A stretch of 51,127 nt of DNA, from NCBI GenBank assembly GCA_964371245.1, contig CAYJKP010000001.1:1-51127 (forward strand). Reading direction: 5' to 3'. Each line of letters starts with the position of its first letter. The stretch's first letter is position 1. Below are positions 16,435 through 25,974 of the stretch, one piece after another. This DNA comes from an uncultured Gammaproteobacteria bacterium (GTDB taxonomy: Bacteria; Patescibacteriota; Patescibacteriia; JAHIZJ01). Both the position numbers and the translations under genes were made by a program. The notes under the pieces are model-generated. The model was not told the DNA's origin, did no database searches, and was given only the letters and a program-made list of their open reading frames with translations.

Positions 16435-19400
16435 ATGAAAAAAATATCCGCCAGATTGAATAGCAGCGGCCCGACTCGCCAAAAGCGAGGTCTTCGTTTG
16501 CGCTCATTTCCCTGTCTGGCCGTGCTTATCGGATTGGGTCTCGGCGCTCTGCTTATCATGGAATCAACTGTTTTGTTCCCTTGGCGGGCAGACGCAGACA
16601 CGACCGCTACCCTAGACCAAAATGCTTTTCGCTTCTATGTAGATAACGATCTGGTCCAACCGGCAGATGCGTGGCCAGCCGGGGCGACCGATTTGGCCGA
16701 AAATACTGCGATCACCACGGCCGATACGCCACCTGACGACAACCAGCTCATCCGGATGCGCGTATCTCTCGGCATCACGGGCGATACTATGGCGGCGGCC
16801 TCGCAAGCATTCAAACTTCAGTATGGCGAGGGAACAGATTGCGCGGCGATCGTCACTTGGAACGACGTTGGCGCGGCTGGTTCCGATACGATCTGGCGCG
16901 GCGAGTCGGATGCCACACCAGCGGACGGCACGACCGTTTCAGCGGCGCTTCTGTCTACAGCTGGCACGCTTCAGACATACGAGGAAGAAAACAACTCGGC
17001 GCTTAATCCAAATCAGGCCACAGCCGGGCAATCAGCCGAATGGGACTGGCTAGTGCAAAACTACGGCGCGTTGCACGACACAACCTATTGTTTTCGCATG
17101 GCCAAAAGCGATGGGACCGCCCTGAATACATATACGCAATATCCGAAAATCCAAACTGAAGCCACTGTGTTCGACAGTTCATTTGAACAAGGTAACGGAT
17201 ATAATTTTACTAAGCCATACGGCGGCAGCGCGGCTAAGTTCAGCTTCGAGAGCGAGCTGGATCCCGCCTCACAGCCGATCTGCGCGGTAAATAATAAGCA
17301 GGGATGGTTTTATTTCAGCTTTGATAATGCGCTGCACCAGTCTTTTGATATCACCCTGCTGCATGCCATCGACAACAATAACCAGACCGGCGCCTGGGGG
17401 CATGATCTGCTTAAACCTATTTACTCATATGACCAGGTAACCTGGTACCGCCTACCGGCCGTGCCGGTTATCGATGGCGTGAACCGGACATATTCAGCGC
17501 CGGGCGGTGGCGCGAAATTTACCCAGGATACCGTCTATTTCGCTTTCGGTTTTCCGTATAGCTACAGCGATTACTTAGCTGATCGGGATGTTTGGGACAA
17601 CTCCCCCTATGTTACTGTCACGGATATCGGTGACTCAATCCAGGGCCGTCAGATGGACCTCTTGACAATACAGGATACGAACTCCCCGGTCCCGGCGGCT
17701 GAAAAGAAAGTGTACTGGCACCTGGCGCGCCAACATGCTATGGAGATGCCTGGGAGTAATGCAATCGACGCCATCATCCGTTTCTTAATCGGCGGGAGCG
17801 ATGAAGCCAAGCTGATGCTCCGTTCGTCGATTTTCAAAATTATCCCGATGATGAACCCGGACGCCGCCTATAACGGCTATACCCGGACGAATGCCGACGG
17901 CTGTGATTTAAACCGGGAGTGGCTGGACACCGGTCCGGATATCGCCAATCAAACGACAGAGGTGTACCTTGCCCATACCGCCATCGCTGATTGGATGACC
18001 AACGGTACGCCGAATACGGTCAATGTGTTTACCGACCATCATAGCATCACCAGCATGCAGTCGACGATCTATGACGGTGATTCGGCCATGAACGGAACGA
18101 CGGACAATCCGTACGAGAAACTATTTGAGATTTTGGACACCAATGCGCATGATCCGGTAGGAAATTACGTATCGTCGTCAGCTGGATTATTTAATGTCGA
18201 GATATATGATCAATACAACGCCACCAAGGGGTCGCTTGCTTTCACCCATGAAAATTCGGCGATTATGCATTGGGGCGACGTCTATCCGACCGTGCAGTCA
18301 AACGAAGCGTACGGTATCGCCTGGCTGAAAACCATCTTCGCGGCCAACGAGAGCAACGCCAAGATTTTTGGCCTTTCACCATCGGATGCGGGCGGCTCAA
18401 CCGATCAACGCTATTACGTGGCGGTGTCTCCAAACCAGTATACGATCGCTTTTGACGAAGACCGCGGTGGCGGCATTGCGCGTTTCTGGGATCGGGAAAA
18501 TAACGCGAATATGACGTTTCAACAAGTTGACGCTGAACGGGTTCTTGATGATGTGGAATGGAACAACGGCACGGTACTCAGGACAAACAATTCAACCAAC
18601 GCTGCCTTGACGGTCGTGAGCAATACCGGCAATCACTTGCGTCTAAAATATGAAGGTTTGCTTGGCAACGTGGCTGACGTCGATTACACCCACGAACGGA
18701 GCATCTGGGAAGATGGGAAAATTTGGTCCGCTTTTACGCTGACGAATAATACCGGATCGCCGATTGACTGGGCGGACATGGCTTTTGACGTCTCGGTCGA
18801 AAACGGCTATGCCGCTCGCTATAGCGCCGCGTATGATAACACCGCTGACCCCCCGACAGCCGGAACAGATCGGTGGTTTGGGTTTTTTGGCACTGGCGGG
18901 TATAAGACCAACGCCTTTGCTCACTTTGTCGGTCAGACAGGCGGCTGGGTGTATGACGATTACACGACGACGAGCGATGCGAACGGTACCAGAAACGCCT
19001 ATACGATGACAAATGGCCCGTCGCAGGCAGATGGCAGCCCAATAACGACTTACTTAGCGTATCAACTCCGGCCGGACCTTGACGTGGTGGCAAACGAAGC
19101 GGCAGTTGATGTTTATCGCAACGACATAGCCAGCCCGGACACGCCGACGATGACAACCGGAACCTTTTCAAGCTTTGACAAGCAGGAAGGAAGTTTAACA
19201 TTCGGCACTACCACAAACCATCTTGTCTTTACGTATACAAACGCCGACACGGTAACAAAAAAGCGACCAACGTACGTTGTCACGGGGTACACTGCCAGCA
19301 CAGCCCCGACACTGAGCGTCAATGATGCCTATCTTGACGGCGAGGACGGTTCGGCGCACAGCGGAACGACGCATATCGGTGCCTCATACACATCTTCCGT

Positions 19401-21624
19401 TGATACTACAAATGACATCGCTTATGTCCAATACCTCGGCGATATCTCGGCCAACTACCAGGCGAGGATCGGTGATACCCAGTCGTATACCCTTACCTAC
19501 ACCGCCGGCGCGAACGGTTCAATCACCGGCACATCACCGCAGACGGTTGATCACGGCGCGGACGGGACAGAAGTCACGGCTGTGCCGGACACCGGCTACC
19601 ATTTTACCAGCTGGTCGGACGGGATTTTAACCGCCGCCCGGACAGATATAAACGTGACCGATGATATTACTGCCACGGCCAGTTTCGCCATCAATACGTA
19701 TACCCTCACCTACACCGCCGGCGCGAACGGCTCAATCACCGGCGACTCGCCGCAAACAGTCAATTACGGCGCGGATGGATCCGAAGTTGTGGCCGTTCCC
19801 GATGCCAACTACCATTTCACGAGCTGGTCCGACGGGGTGTTGACGGCTGCTCGGACGGATGAAAATGTCACTGGCAATATTACAGTGACCGCTAGCTTTG
19901 CCATAAATACCTACACCCTCACCTACAACGCCGGAGCGAACGGTTCAATAACCGGCACATCGCCTCAAACCGTTAATTACGGCGCGGATGGATCCGAAGT
20001 TGTGGCCGTTCCCGATGCCAACTACCATTTCACGAGCTGGTCCGACGGGGTGTTGACGGCTGCTCGGACGGAGACAAATGTGGTTGCCAACGTAACTGTT
20101 ACTGCCAGCTTTGCCATTGATACGTTCACTCTTACTTATACCGCTGGCACTCATGGCTCGATCACCGGGACAACGCCGCAAACGGTGAATTACGGCGCCG
20201 ATGGTTCAGAGGTCACGGCGGTACCTGGCACGGGCTACCATTTTACCAGTTGGTCGGATGGCGTGTTAACGACTGTGCGAACCGATGAAAATGTTACTAG
20301 TAACATATCGGTCACCGCCAATTTTGCCATTGATACCCATACTCTTACATACACGGCTGGTACACATGGCTCGATCACCGGGACAACGCCGCAAACGGTG
20401 AATTACGGAGCGGATGGAGCCGAGGTAACAGCGGTTCCATCAACCAATTACTATTTTGTCGATTGGAGCGACGACAGTACCGAAAATCCACGCACTGACA
20501 CAAATGTGACAAACGATATCTCCGTTACTGCCAACTTTGCACCAATAACACTGATTACGGACGTGACAGAAAAAAATATCACCACCTCAACTGCCACGAT
20601 TACTTGGGCGACAAATCACGCGGCGACCTCGAAGATTGAATACGGAACGACAACTGCCTATGGAAATACTGAAACAGATAGCGCTGAGGCGACTGAACAT
20701 GAGTTTGAGTTGACAGGCTTACACGCTAATACCACCTATCATTATCGCGTTGTGTCGGTTGGCAATACCACCGCCACAAGCGTCGATGGCACGTTTACGA
20801 CTGCTACCGAACCAGTACGCCCGCCCGCACCGACGATCACAATTCCGGCAAACCAGGCTACGTTAATAAACGCGCAACCGGTAATCTTTGGCTATGCCAA
20901 GAGCGGCAATACTATTCTTGTCTACATTGACGGTGACTATAAAGGTAAAACTGAGACCAGCCAGCATGCCTCCGGTACAGGGAACTTCACGTATTCGCCG
21001 AGTTCAGCATTAGGGCTGGGTTGGCACACATTGATTGCAAAAGCCGAGAACGACGATGGGATAAAAAGCAAACCATCGAAAATAGTGCGTTTCAAAATTG
21101 AGGCGCCGTACGTTACCCCAACTATTTTACATGCCGAAGTGCATGACGGGACGAGTCCGACAATCGTGATAACCGGTTTGGCAAAGAATGACTCGATCAT
21201 CCAGGTATTGATTGATGGCGTCATTACAGAGGAGCACGCGGTACTCAACCACTTATCCGGTACAGCGAATTTCTGCTACACAATAACAACTGACTCAGAT
21301 TTATCGATCGGCCAACACGCACTCACGCTGGTGGCGCGCGATCACAGCGGAAAGCCAAGCCTGCCGTCCAGCCAGATATATTTCACCAAGACCGAAATCA
21401 AAGTATTACCATTGCCTGGCCTCAATCCAGTCCTGACGAGTCCTGTGACATACATCGTGCAAACGGGCGACTCGCTCTGGAAAATCGCGAAACGGTTTAT
21501 CGGCTTCGGCGTCAGCTACAACGACATCGTCTGGGCAAATCGGGAAAGCTTACCGTCATTGCTCAAAAACCCAAGCCTGTTGTTACCGGGCTGGTCGCTG
21601 CTTATTCCGTTAATCACGCGCTAG
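16435..21624 (+). CDS. Giant surface protein: M14 zinc carboxypeptidase domain, five InlB-B/Flg_new-type repeats, FN3, Ig-like domains, C-terminal LysM
   Basis: N-terminal signal/TM; ARQHAME (HxxE), MNPD, RTNADGCDLNR, DHHS and FTHE; repeats YTLTYTAGANGSITG...YHFTSWSDG; YIVQTGDSLWKIA. Confidence 0.88.
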   Translation: MKKISARLNSSGPTRQKRGLRLRSFPCLAVLIGLGLGALLIMESTVLFPWRADADTTATLDQNAFRFYVDNDLVQPADAWPAGATDLAENTAITTADTPPDDNQLIRMRVSLGITGDTMAAASQAFKLQYGEGTDCAAIVTWNDVGAAGSDTIWRGESDATPADGTTVSAALLSTAGTLQTYEEENNSALNPNQATAGQSAEWDWLVQNYGALHDTTYCFRMAKSDGTALNTYTQYPKIQTEATVFDSSFEQGNGYNFTKPYGGSAAKFSFESELDPASQPICAVNNKQGWFYFSFDNALHQSFDITLLHAIDNNNQTGAWGHDLLKPIYSYDQVTWYRLPAVPVIDGVNRTYSAPGGGAKFTQDTVYFAFGFPYSYSDYLADRDVWDNSPYVTVTDIGDSIQGRQMDLLTIQDTNSPVPAAEKKVYWHLARQHAMEMPGSNAIDAIIRFLIGGSDEAKLMLRSSIFKIIPMMNPDAAYNGYTRTNADGCDLNREWLDTGPDIANQTTEVYLAHTAIADWMTNGTPNTVNVFTDHHSITSMQSTIYDGDSAMNGTTDNPYEKLFEILDTNAHDPVGNYVSSSAGLFNVEIYDQYNATKGSLAFTHENSAIMHWGDVYPTVQSNEAYGIAWLKTIFAANESNAKIFGLSPSDAGGSTDQRYYVAVSPNQYTIAFDEDRGGGIARFWDRENNANMTFQQVDAERVLDDVEWNNGTVLRTNNSTNAALTVVSNTGNHLRLKYEGLLGNVADVDYTHERSIWEDGKIWSAFTLTNNTGSPIDWADMAFDVSVENGYAARYSAAYDNTADPPTAGTDRWFGFFGTGGYKTNAFAHFVGQTGGWVYDDYTTTSDANGTRNAYTMTNGPSQADGSPITTYLAYQLRPDLDVVANEAAVDVYRNDIASPDTPTMTTGTFSSFDKQEGSLTFGTTTNHLVFTYTNADTVTKKRPTYVVTGYTASTAPTLSVNDAYLDGEDGSAHSGTTHIGASYTSSVDTTNDIAYVQYLGDISANYQARIGDTQSYTLTYTAGANGSITGTSPQTVDHGADGTEVTAVPDTGYHFTSWSDGILTAARTDINVTDDITATASFAINTYTLTYTAGANGSITGDSPQTVNYGADGSEVVAVPDANYHFTSWSDGVLTAARTDENVTGNITVTASFAINTYTLTYNAGANGSITGTSPQTVNYGADGSEVVAVPDANYHFTSWSDGVLTAARTETNVVANVTVTASFAIDTFTLTYTAGTHGSITGTTPQTVNYGADGSEVTAVPGTGYHFTSWSDGVLTTVRTDENVTSNISVTANFAIDTHTLTYTAGTHGSITGTTPQTVNYGADGAEVTAVPSTNYYFVDWSDDSTENPRTDTNVTNDISVTANFAPITLITDVTEKNITTSTATITWATNHAATSKIEYGTTTAYGNTETDSAEATEHEFELTGLHANTTYHYRVVSVGNTTATSVDGTFTTATEPVRPPAPTITIPANQATLINAQPVIFGYAKSGNTILVYIDGDYKGKTETSQHASGTGNFTYSPSSALGLGWHTLIAKAENDDGIKSKPSKIVRFKIEAPYVTPTILHAEVHDGTSPTIVITGLAKNDSIIQVLIDGVITEEHAVLNHLSGTANFCYTITTDSDLSIGQHALTLVARDHSGKPSLPSSQIYFTKTEIKVLPLPGLNPVLTSPVTYIVQTGDSLWKIAKRFIGFGVSYNDIVWANRESLPSLLKNPSLLLPGWSLLIPLITR
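19486..20541 (+). repeat. Five tandem 213-nt (71-aa) coding repeats
   Basis: Period 213 nt; 19762-19859 is identical to 19975-20072. Confidence 0.9.
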
Positions 21625-21634
21625 CCATAATAAA

Positions 21635-21663
21635 CAAAAAAAGCCGTGTGGAACGGCTTTTTT
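21635..21663. terminator. Bidirectional intrinsic terminator between convergent genes
   Basis: AAAAAAAGCCGT-GTGGA-ACGGCTTTTTT. Confidence 0.9.
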
Positions 21664-21681
21664 ATATACCAAGTTTTTTAT

Positions 21682-22617
21682 TTAATTACCATCACATTCA
21701 GTGGTACTGACGTGCGTGTGGGTTGGAGAGGAGCTTGGTTCTTTTTGATGGAAACCAGCCATGCCATGGCAAGGACCATTTAATGCTTCGGCAATCTTGT
21801 CGTATAACTCATCCTCAGTATGGCCTCCGGCGGCATTAAAATCAACCCCTTCTGGCCCGTTGGTTCCGCTGTGACCGCCATAATGGCAGGAATATTCAGA
21901 GTGAGAGCAGACGCCACAGACACCTTGTCTGCCCCGGATGTAATTACATGCCGGGTGGTCCTGATCACAGGTATATATTTGATTTGTGTCTATCCAGCCA
22001 GCTGGTACATTTTGCCGAACGCAAGAAATCAGGTTATTTAGCGCCGCCGATCCAGATCCGTTTATGCACGGATAGGGGACGTTGTTTTTATCAGCCAGGG
22101 CATGAAAGTCATTACATTGGCCGCCGCCGCTGGGTGGCGGACCTTGCTCCTCAGTGGGAATAGTAGCCTCCGTCGTCGGGCATTTATTGCCGCCGAGTTT
22201 CCACCATTGGGAGCTGACATTTTCATTATTTTTGCCTACAAAGGCCGCAAAGAGTGTGTTAATTATTGCCCAGGCGGCAAAGACCATGAATAAACCAACC
22301 AAGGCCCCGGTCAAGGTTTTTTTACCGGCTTCGAGTCGTTGCGGGTTTCCGGAAGAAACGACCATCGAGAAAGCGCCGTTGACCAGAAAATATAGAGCAA
22401 ATAAAGCGGCCAGGCCAAGAAACCACGTACCTAAATTAACAAACATCAAGACGAAATCGCAAAAGTGGCAATCGCCGGTGCAGGTACATGGCGGCAGGAT
22501 TTTTCCGACGGTACAGGTGGCCGCTGAAGTAGGCAGGGGAAATACGACAAAAACAAAACCGAGTACGAATAGTCCGCCGATGATGAAATTACGCTTGTTT
22601 CGTGCGATTGTAGACAT
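21682..22617 (-). CDS. CPR-type pilin (TrbC/VirB2-like) with a C-terminal Cys/His-rich extracellular domain
   Basis: Signal peptide; C..GDC.FCDF..MFVN; TM-GAF..VVSSGN...LEAGKKTL.GAL.GL-TM pattern; C-terminal SCH...GVDF...HTHVS. Confidence 0.8.
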   Translation of the reverse strand: MSTIARNKRNFIIGGLFVLGFVFVVFPLPTSAATCTVGKILPPCTCTGDCHFCDFVLMFVNLGTWFLGLAALFALYFLVNGAFSMVVSSGNPQRLEAGKKTLTGALVGLFMVFAAWAIINTLFAAFVGKNNENVSSQWWKLGGNKCPTTEATIPTEEQGPPPSGGGQCNDFHALADKNNVPYPCINGSGSAALNNLISCVRQNVPAGWIDTNQIYTCDQDHPACNYIRGRQGVCGVCSHSEYSCHYGGHSGTNGPEGVDFNAAGGHTEDELYDKIAEALNGPCHGMAGFHQKEPSSSPTHTHVSTTECDGN

Positions 22618-22724
22618 CTATCATCAGTATACTAGAAAAATAGGGAGTATGGAAGGCGCGGAAAAAGTAAGGGCGACTAAACAAATAAGAATGAACTACG
22701 GCAATTTCGATGGTATTTGTGATG

Positions 22725-23456
22725 TTAAAATCGAGACAGGATAAAGGCAACCAGAAATCCCAAAACCGTTAATAAGCCGACGGCCGTTCCGCCTTCTTCA
22801 TACGCTTCCGGGATCATGCTGTCGGCCAGCATGGCGAGAATGGCGCCGGCGGCGAACGCCTCTAAAACACCAATCGTATTTCGCGGCAAACCATGCAGAA
22901 ATTGGTAGCTGATCACTGTGACGGCGAGGGTGGCCACGCCGGCAATGCCCCAGAGGAGATAAATCCGTTTGTTTTTGAAACCCTCGTTCTTGAGACCGGC
23001 GAGCGAGGAAATGCTTTCGGGAAAGTTTGACAGGAAAATCGCTACCAGCATAAGGAAGCCGGTGGCAGCACTATTGAACAGGGCAATGCCGAGCGCCACG
23101 GATTCAGGAATGCCGTCGAGAACCGCCCCAAGCGTGATGACTTGACCGCCGGCATCGCGCTTCGGCTGATAAAGTGGACGACGTTTATGCTTCCGGCCGC
23201 CGTATATGTGGAGCAGGTAATCACCACCGATAAAAACCACCCCGCCAGCCAGGAAACCGATAATGACGGCATCAAAGCCGCCATAGTTAAACGCCTCTTC
23301 CATCAAGCCGAACGTCAGGGCGCAGATCAGGACGCCTGAACCAAAGGCCATAAAGGCGGCGACAACTTTTTGCTTCAAATGGAAGGTCAGGCCGACGAAC
23401 GCGCCGACGATGAGTGAGAGACCGCTGATCGCGCCATATAATATTGCTTGCGTCAT
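22725..23456 (-). CDS. ZIP (ZupT-like) metal transporter
   Basis: MAFGSGVLI, LDGIPESVALG, FLSNFPES and AAGAILAMLADSMIPEAY. Confidence 0.92.
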   Translation of the reverse strand: MTQAILYGAISGLSLIVGAFVGLTFHLKQKVVAAFMAFGSGVLICALTFGLMEEAFNYGGFDAVIIGFLAGGVVFIGGDYLLHIYGGRKHKRRPLYQPKRDAGGQVITLGAVLDGIPESVALGIALFNSAATGFLMLVAIFLSNFPESISSLAGLKNEGFKNKRIYLLWGIAGVATLAVTVISYQFLHGLPRNTIGVLEAFAAGAILAMLADSMIPEAYEEGGTAVGLLTVLGFLVAFILSRF

Positions 23457-23498
23457 AGAATCATGTTATCGGACTTTCGCCTGTTCGGTCTAGGCGGT

Positions 23499-24407
23499 TT
23501 ACGTTTTCTGTTCTGGAGATTCGGGAGAGGTCGGTTGATTTTCGGCCGCCCCTGGTTTTGGCGATGTCCGCTCGGCATCTTTTTTGATCCGGTCTTCCAT
23601 TTCAGCGATCTCTGATGCGTTTATGAGCGGCTCTAGGTCATCGTCAAAGAAGATATTTACGTTTTTTATGAGATTTGGTTTTCCGAAGAGCCGATCGATG
23701 ATCGACGTCGCCTCCCAGCTCAACCAAATGTCCTCGAATGGCAGTTCATCGGTTTTTCCGCTGACGTAATCAGCTGATTTATTATCAATCGCTTTTTGAG
23801 AACGAATTTTCATCAAATCCACGACCATTTCTAAATTCGCCGCGCCTCTTGTTCGCCAGCTGTTCTTCAAACCTTGCTCGAACGCTCTCGTAACATCCCG
23901 TTTCAATGAGTCCATTTCCACTTTTCGTGCGTCCAAGTTCTTTTCTTGGTCGGGATCGCTATCATCCTCTTCTGCCTGTTTTCTTAATGAACCGGCCCTC
24001 ATTTCGCCGCCGTTCTGGCCGGCCGGCATTACCATCCCCTCAGGCAGGTTCTCGCGGCCGTGCTCGCTGATCCAGCCGTCTTTTTGGGCGTCGAGCGCAG
24101 CCTTTTCTTCCTGCAACCGAACAAGCCGATCCGTGTCAGCGCGTTGTGATGGCGATGATTCGGCCACCGCCGCCACATCCAAGCCCTGGCGCGCCTCGTC
24201 GAGTTGCGTACGATTTACCTCAAGCGAGGCTGATAGATCGGCGATTTTCTCATCGAGCGCATTAATTCTTTCCAAAATAACTCCGATGGTCGGAGCCTGT
24301 CCCTCGACCTCTTCGGTTTTTCGATCGGCTGCGTCCCCGGCATTTGTCTCAGGTTTTTCTAGGCCTGACGGCTCGATCGTTGGTTGGAGTGTTTCTTCTT
24401 TCGGCAT
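23499..24407 (-). CDS. Hypothetical acidic coiled-coil protein
   Basis: Long ORF with heptad-like stretches. Start 24407 chosen because a promoter sits 6 nt upstream. Confidence 0.75.
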   Translation of the reverse strand: MPKEETLQPTIEPSGLEKPETNAGDAADRKTEEVEGQAPTIGVILERINALDEKIADLSASLEVNRTQLDEARQGLDVAAVAESSPSQRADTDRLVRLQEEKAALDAQKDGWISEHGRENLPEGMVMPAGQNGGEMRAGSLRKQAEEDDSDPDQEKNLDARKVEMDSLKRDVTRAFEQGLKNSWRTRGAANLEMVVDLMKIRSQKAIDNKSADYVSGKTDELPFEDIWLSWEATSIIDRLFGKPNLIKNVNIFFDDDLEPLINASEIAEMEDRIKKDAERTSPKPGAAENQPTSPESPEQKT

Positions 24408-24413
24408 GTTTTC

Positions 24414-24481
24414 ATAATGCTCGCAGACCGCCATACTGTCAAGATAAAAAAATTGCGTTCACGGCTAATGTCGGGTACAAT
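24414..24481. promoter_or_regulatory. Back-to-back divergent sigma70 promoters, both positioned for leaderless mRNA
   Basis: Minus strand: TTGACA(24442-24437)-17-CATTAT-6nt-ATG 24407. Plus strand: TTGCGT(24453)-17-TACAAT-6nt-ATG 24488. Confidence 0.7.
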
Positions 24482-24487
24482 ATGAAT

Positions 24488-25081
24488 ATGACAACGCCAA
24501 CAAAAGCGCAAAAATTATTACATGAGATTGATTCACTGGCTATTACCGAAATCAAGAAATACGGCCTCCCTCCATTGTTTGAATACCATGAGGTTAACGC
24601 AATCGCCGAACGGTTCGCGAAGCAGCTGGGCGCTGACATTTATATCGTTCAGCTTGGTATCCGGCTGATGGACATAAAGGTCGGCGAAGCGGTCAAAAAA
24701 AACGTTTTTCCGGAACATATTACCTGGGGAATAAAAGTGGCCAAGACTATTTTTGAAACCCACGCGGTTAATCCAGCGATAACAAAAAAAGTAATCAATT
24801 GCATTGAAGCGCATCATGCCACGGTGCCATATACCTGTCTCGAGGCTGAAATCTGCGCTAATGCCGACGCGCACAAGTTTCTATTGCCAAAATTATTTAT
24901 CAAACGCATATACGAACGCGCTGGTTCTCGCACAATCAAAGAAGCGTTAGACCTGCAGGTCATGAAAATGGAGGAAAAGCACAAAATCGTTTCGCTCGAA
25001 GTGTGTAAAAAAGAGCTGGAAGAAAATTATCAATTGCTCAAGAAATTCATCGCCAAGATCCGTGAAGACGAAACGATATGA
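24488..25081 (+). CDS. HD-domain-like protein (degenerate HD motif)
   Basis: AKQLGAD..IV.LG..LMDI, EHITWG, CIEAHH and EAEICANADA follow the HD fold, but HD is replaced by MD. Confidence 0.75.
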   Translation: MTTPTKAQKLLHEIDSLAITEIKKYGLPPLFEYHEVNAIAERFAKQLGADIYIVQLGIRLMDIKVGEAVKKNVFPEHITWGIKVAKTIFETHAVNPAITKKVINCIEAHHATVPYTCLEAEICANADAHKFLLPKLFIKRIYERAGSRTIKEALDLQVMKMEEKHKIVSLEVCKKELEENYQLLKKFIAKIREDETI

Positions 25082-25512
25082 AGATCTACTTTGCCGGCGC
25101 GGTCCAGGCTGGGCGGCATGACCAGGAGTGGTACCGGGATATTATCGAACACCTTGGACAGTACGGCGAAGTGTTAACCCACAAAATCGGGGCTGAAGAT
25201 TTGGATGAACACGGCGAAAACCATTTAAAACCAGAAGAGGTCTACGATTGGTTGATGGATCGGCTGGATGAAGCGGACGTATTTGTCGCCGAGGTCAGCA
25301 CACCGTCGCTCGGCGTCGGATATGAAATCGCGGCGGCCGAGGAACTGAAAAAGAAGATAGTATGCCTTTTTCGCCGGGGCGGCGGACGACGGTTGTCAGC
25401 CATGATTGAGGGAAACAAGAACGTCGATCTGGTTTATTACGACAAGTTAAAAGATGCGCAAGAAGCGATTGATGAATACTTCGGCAATGCAAAATTCAAA
25501 ATTAAGAAGTAA
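25078..25512 (+). CDS. Nucleoside 2-deoxyribosyltransferase / DNPH1 (Rcl)-like deoxynucleotide N-glycosidase
   Basis: MKIYFAGA, GEVLT, ADVFVAEVSTPSLGVGYEI and LSAMIEG. Confidence 0.92.
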   Translation: MKIYFAGAVQAGRHDQEWYRDIIEHLGQYGEVLTHKIGAEDLDEHGENHLKPEEVYDWLMDRLDEADVFVAEVSTPSLGVGYEIAAAEELKKKIVCLFRRGGGRRLSAMIEGNKNVDLVYYDKLKDAQEAIDEYFGNAKFKIKK

Positions 25513-25519
25513 GAATTGA

Positions 25520-25966
25520 ATGAAATTCTGTAGCGCCTGCTTGTTGGGCGTACAATGCCGCTATGACGGCCAAATAAAACCGAACGAACAAGCCAAGAAA
25601 CTGGCCGTTTCGGAGCCGTTAATTCCCGTCTGTCCGGAACAGCTCGGCGGACAAGCGACGCCCCGACCAAATGCCGAGATCAGGGGCGGCGATGGAAATG
25701 ACGTATTGGCTGGACGGGCTACGGTCATCGAGCCTGATGGTAAGGATATTACTGGACAATTTGTCGCCGGGGCTCATGAGGTTTTGAAGCTAGCCAAGCT
25801 CTATGATGTCACGGCAGCGATCATGAAAAGCAAGAGCCCTTCATGCGGCTGTGGCCGGATATACGACGGTACCTTCTCCGGCAAACTGACTGATGGCGAT
25901 GGAGTGACCGCGGCGCTATTAAAGCAGAACGGTATAAAAATAATATCTGAGGATGAATTAACGTAA
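25520..25966 (+). CDS. DUF523 / TudS-family 2-thiouracil desulfidase-like protein
   Basis: SACLLG..CRYDG, PVCPEQLGG, KSKSPSCG and GDGVTAALL. Confidence 0.92.
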   Translation: MKFCSACLLGVQCRYDGQIKPNEQAKKLAVSEPLIPVCPEQLGGQATPRPNAEIRGGDGNDVLAGRATVIEPDGKDITGQFVAGAHEVLKLAKLYDVTAAIMKSKSPSCGCGRIYDGTFSGKLTDGDGVTAALLKQNGIKIISEDELT

Positions 25967-25974
25967 AGATTTAT

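Noticed and set aside
19486-20541. Repeats as a CRISPR array or DGR template/variable pair
   Set aside because: In-frame coding repeats with no unique spacers, no adenine-specific variation evident, and no cas or reverse transcriptase gene.
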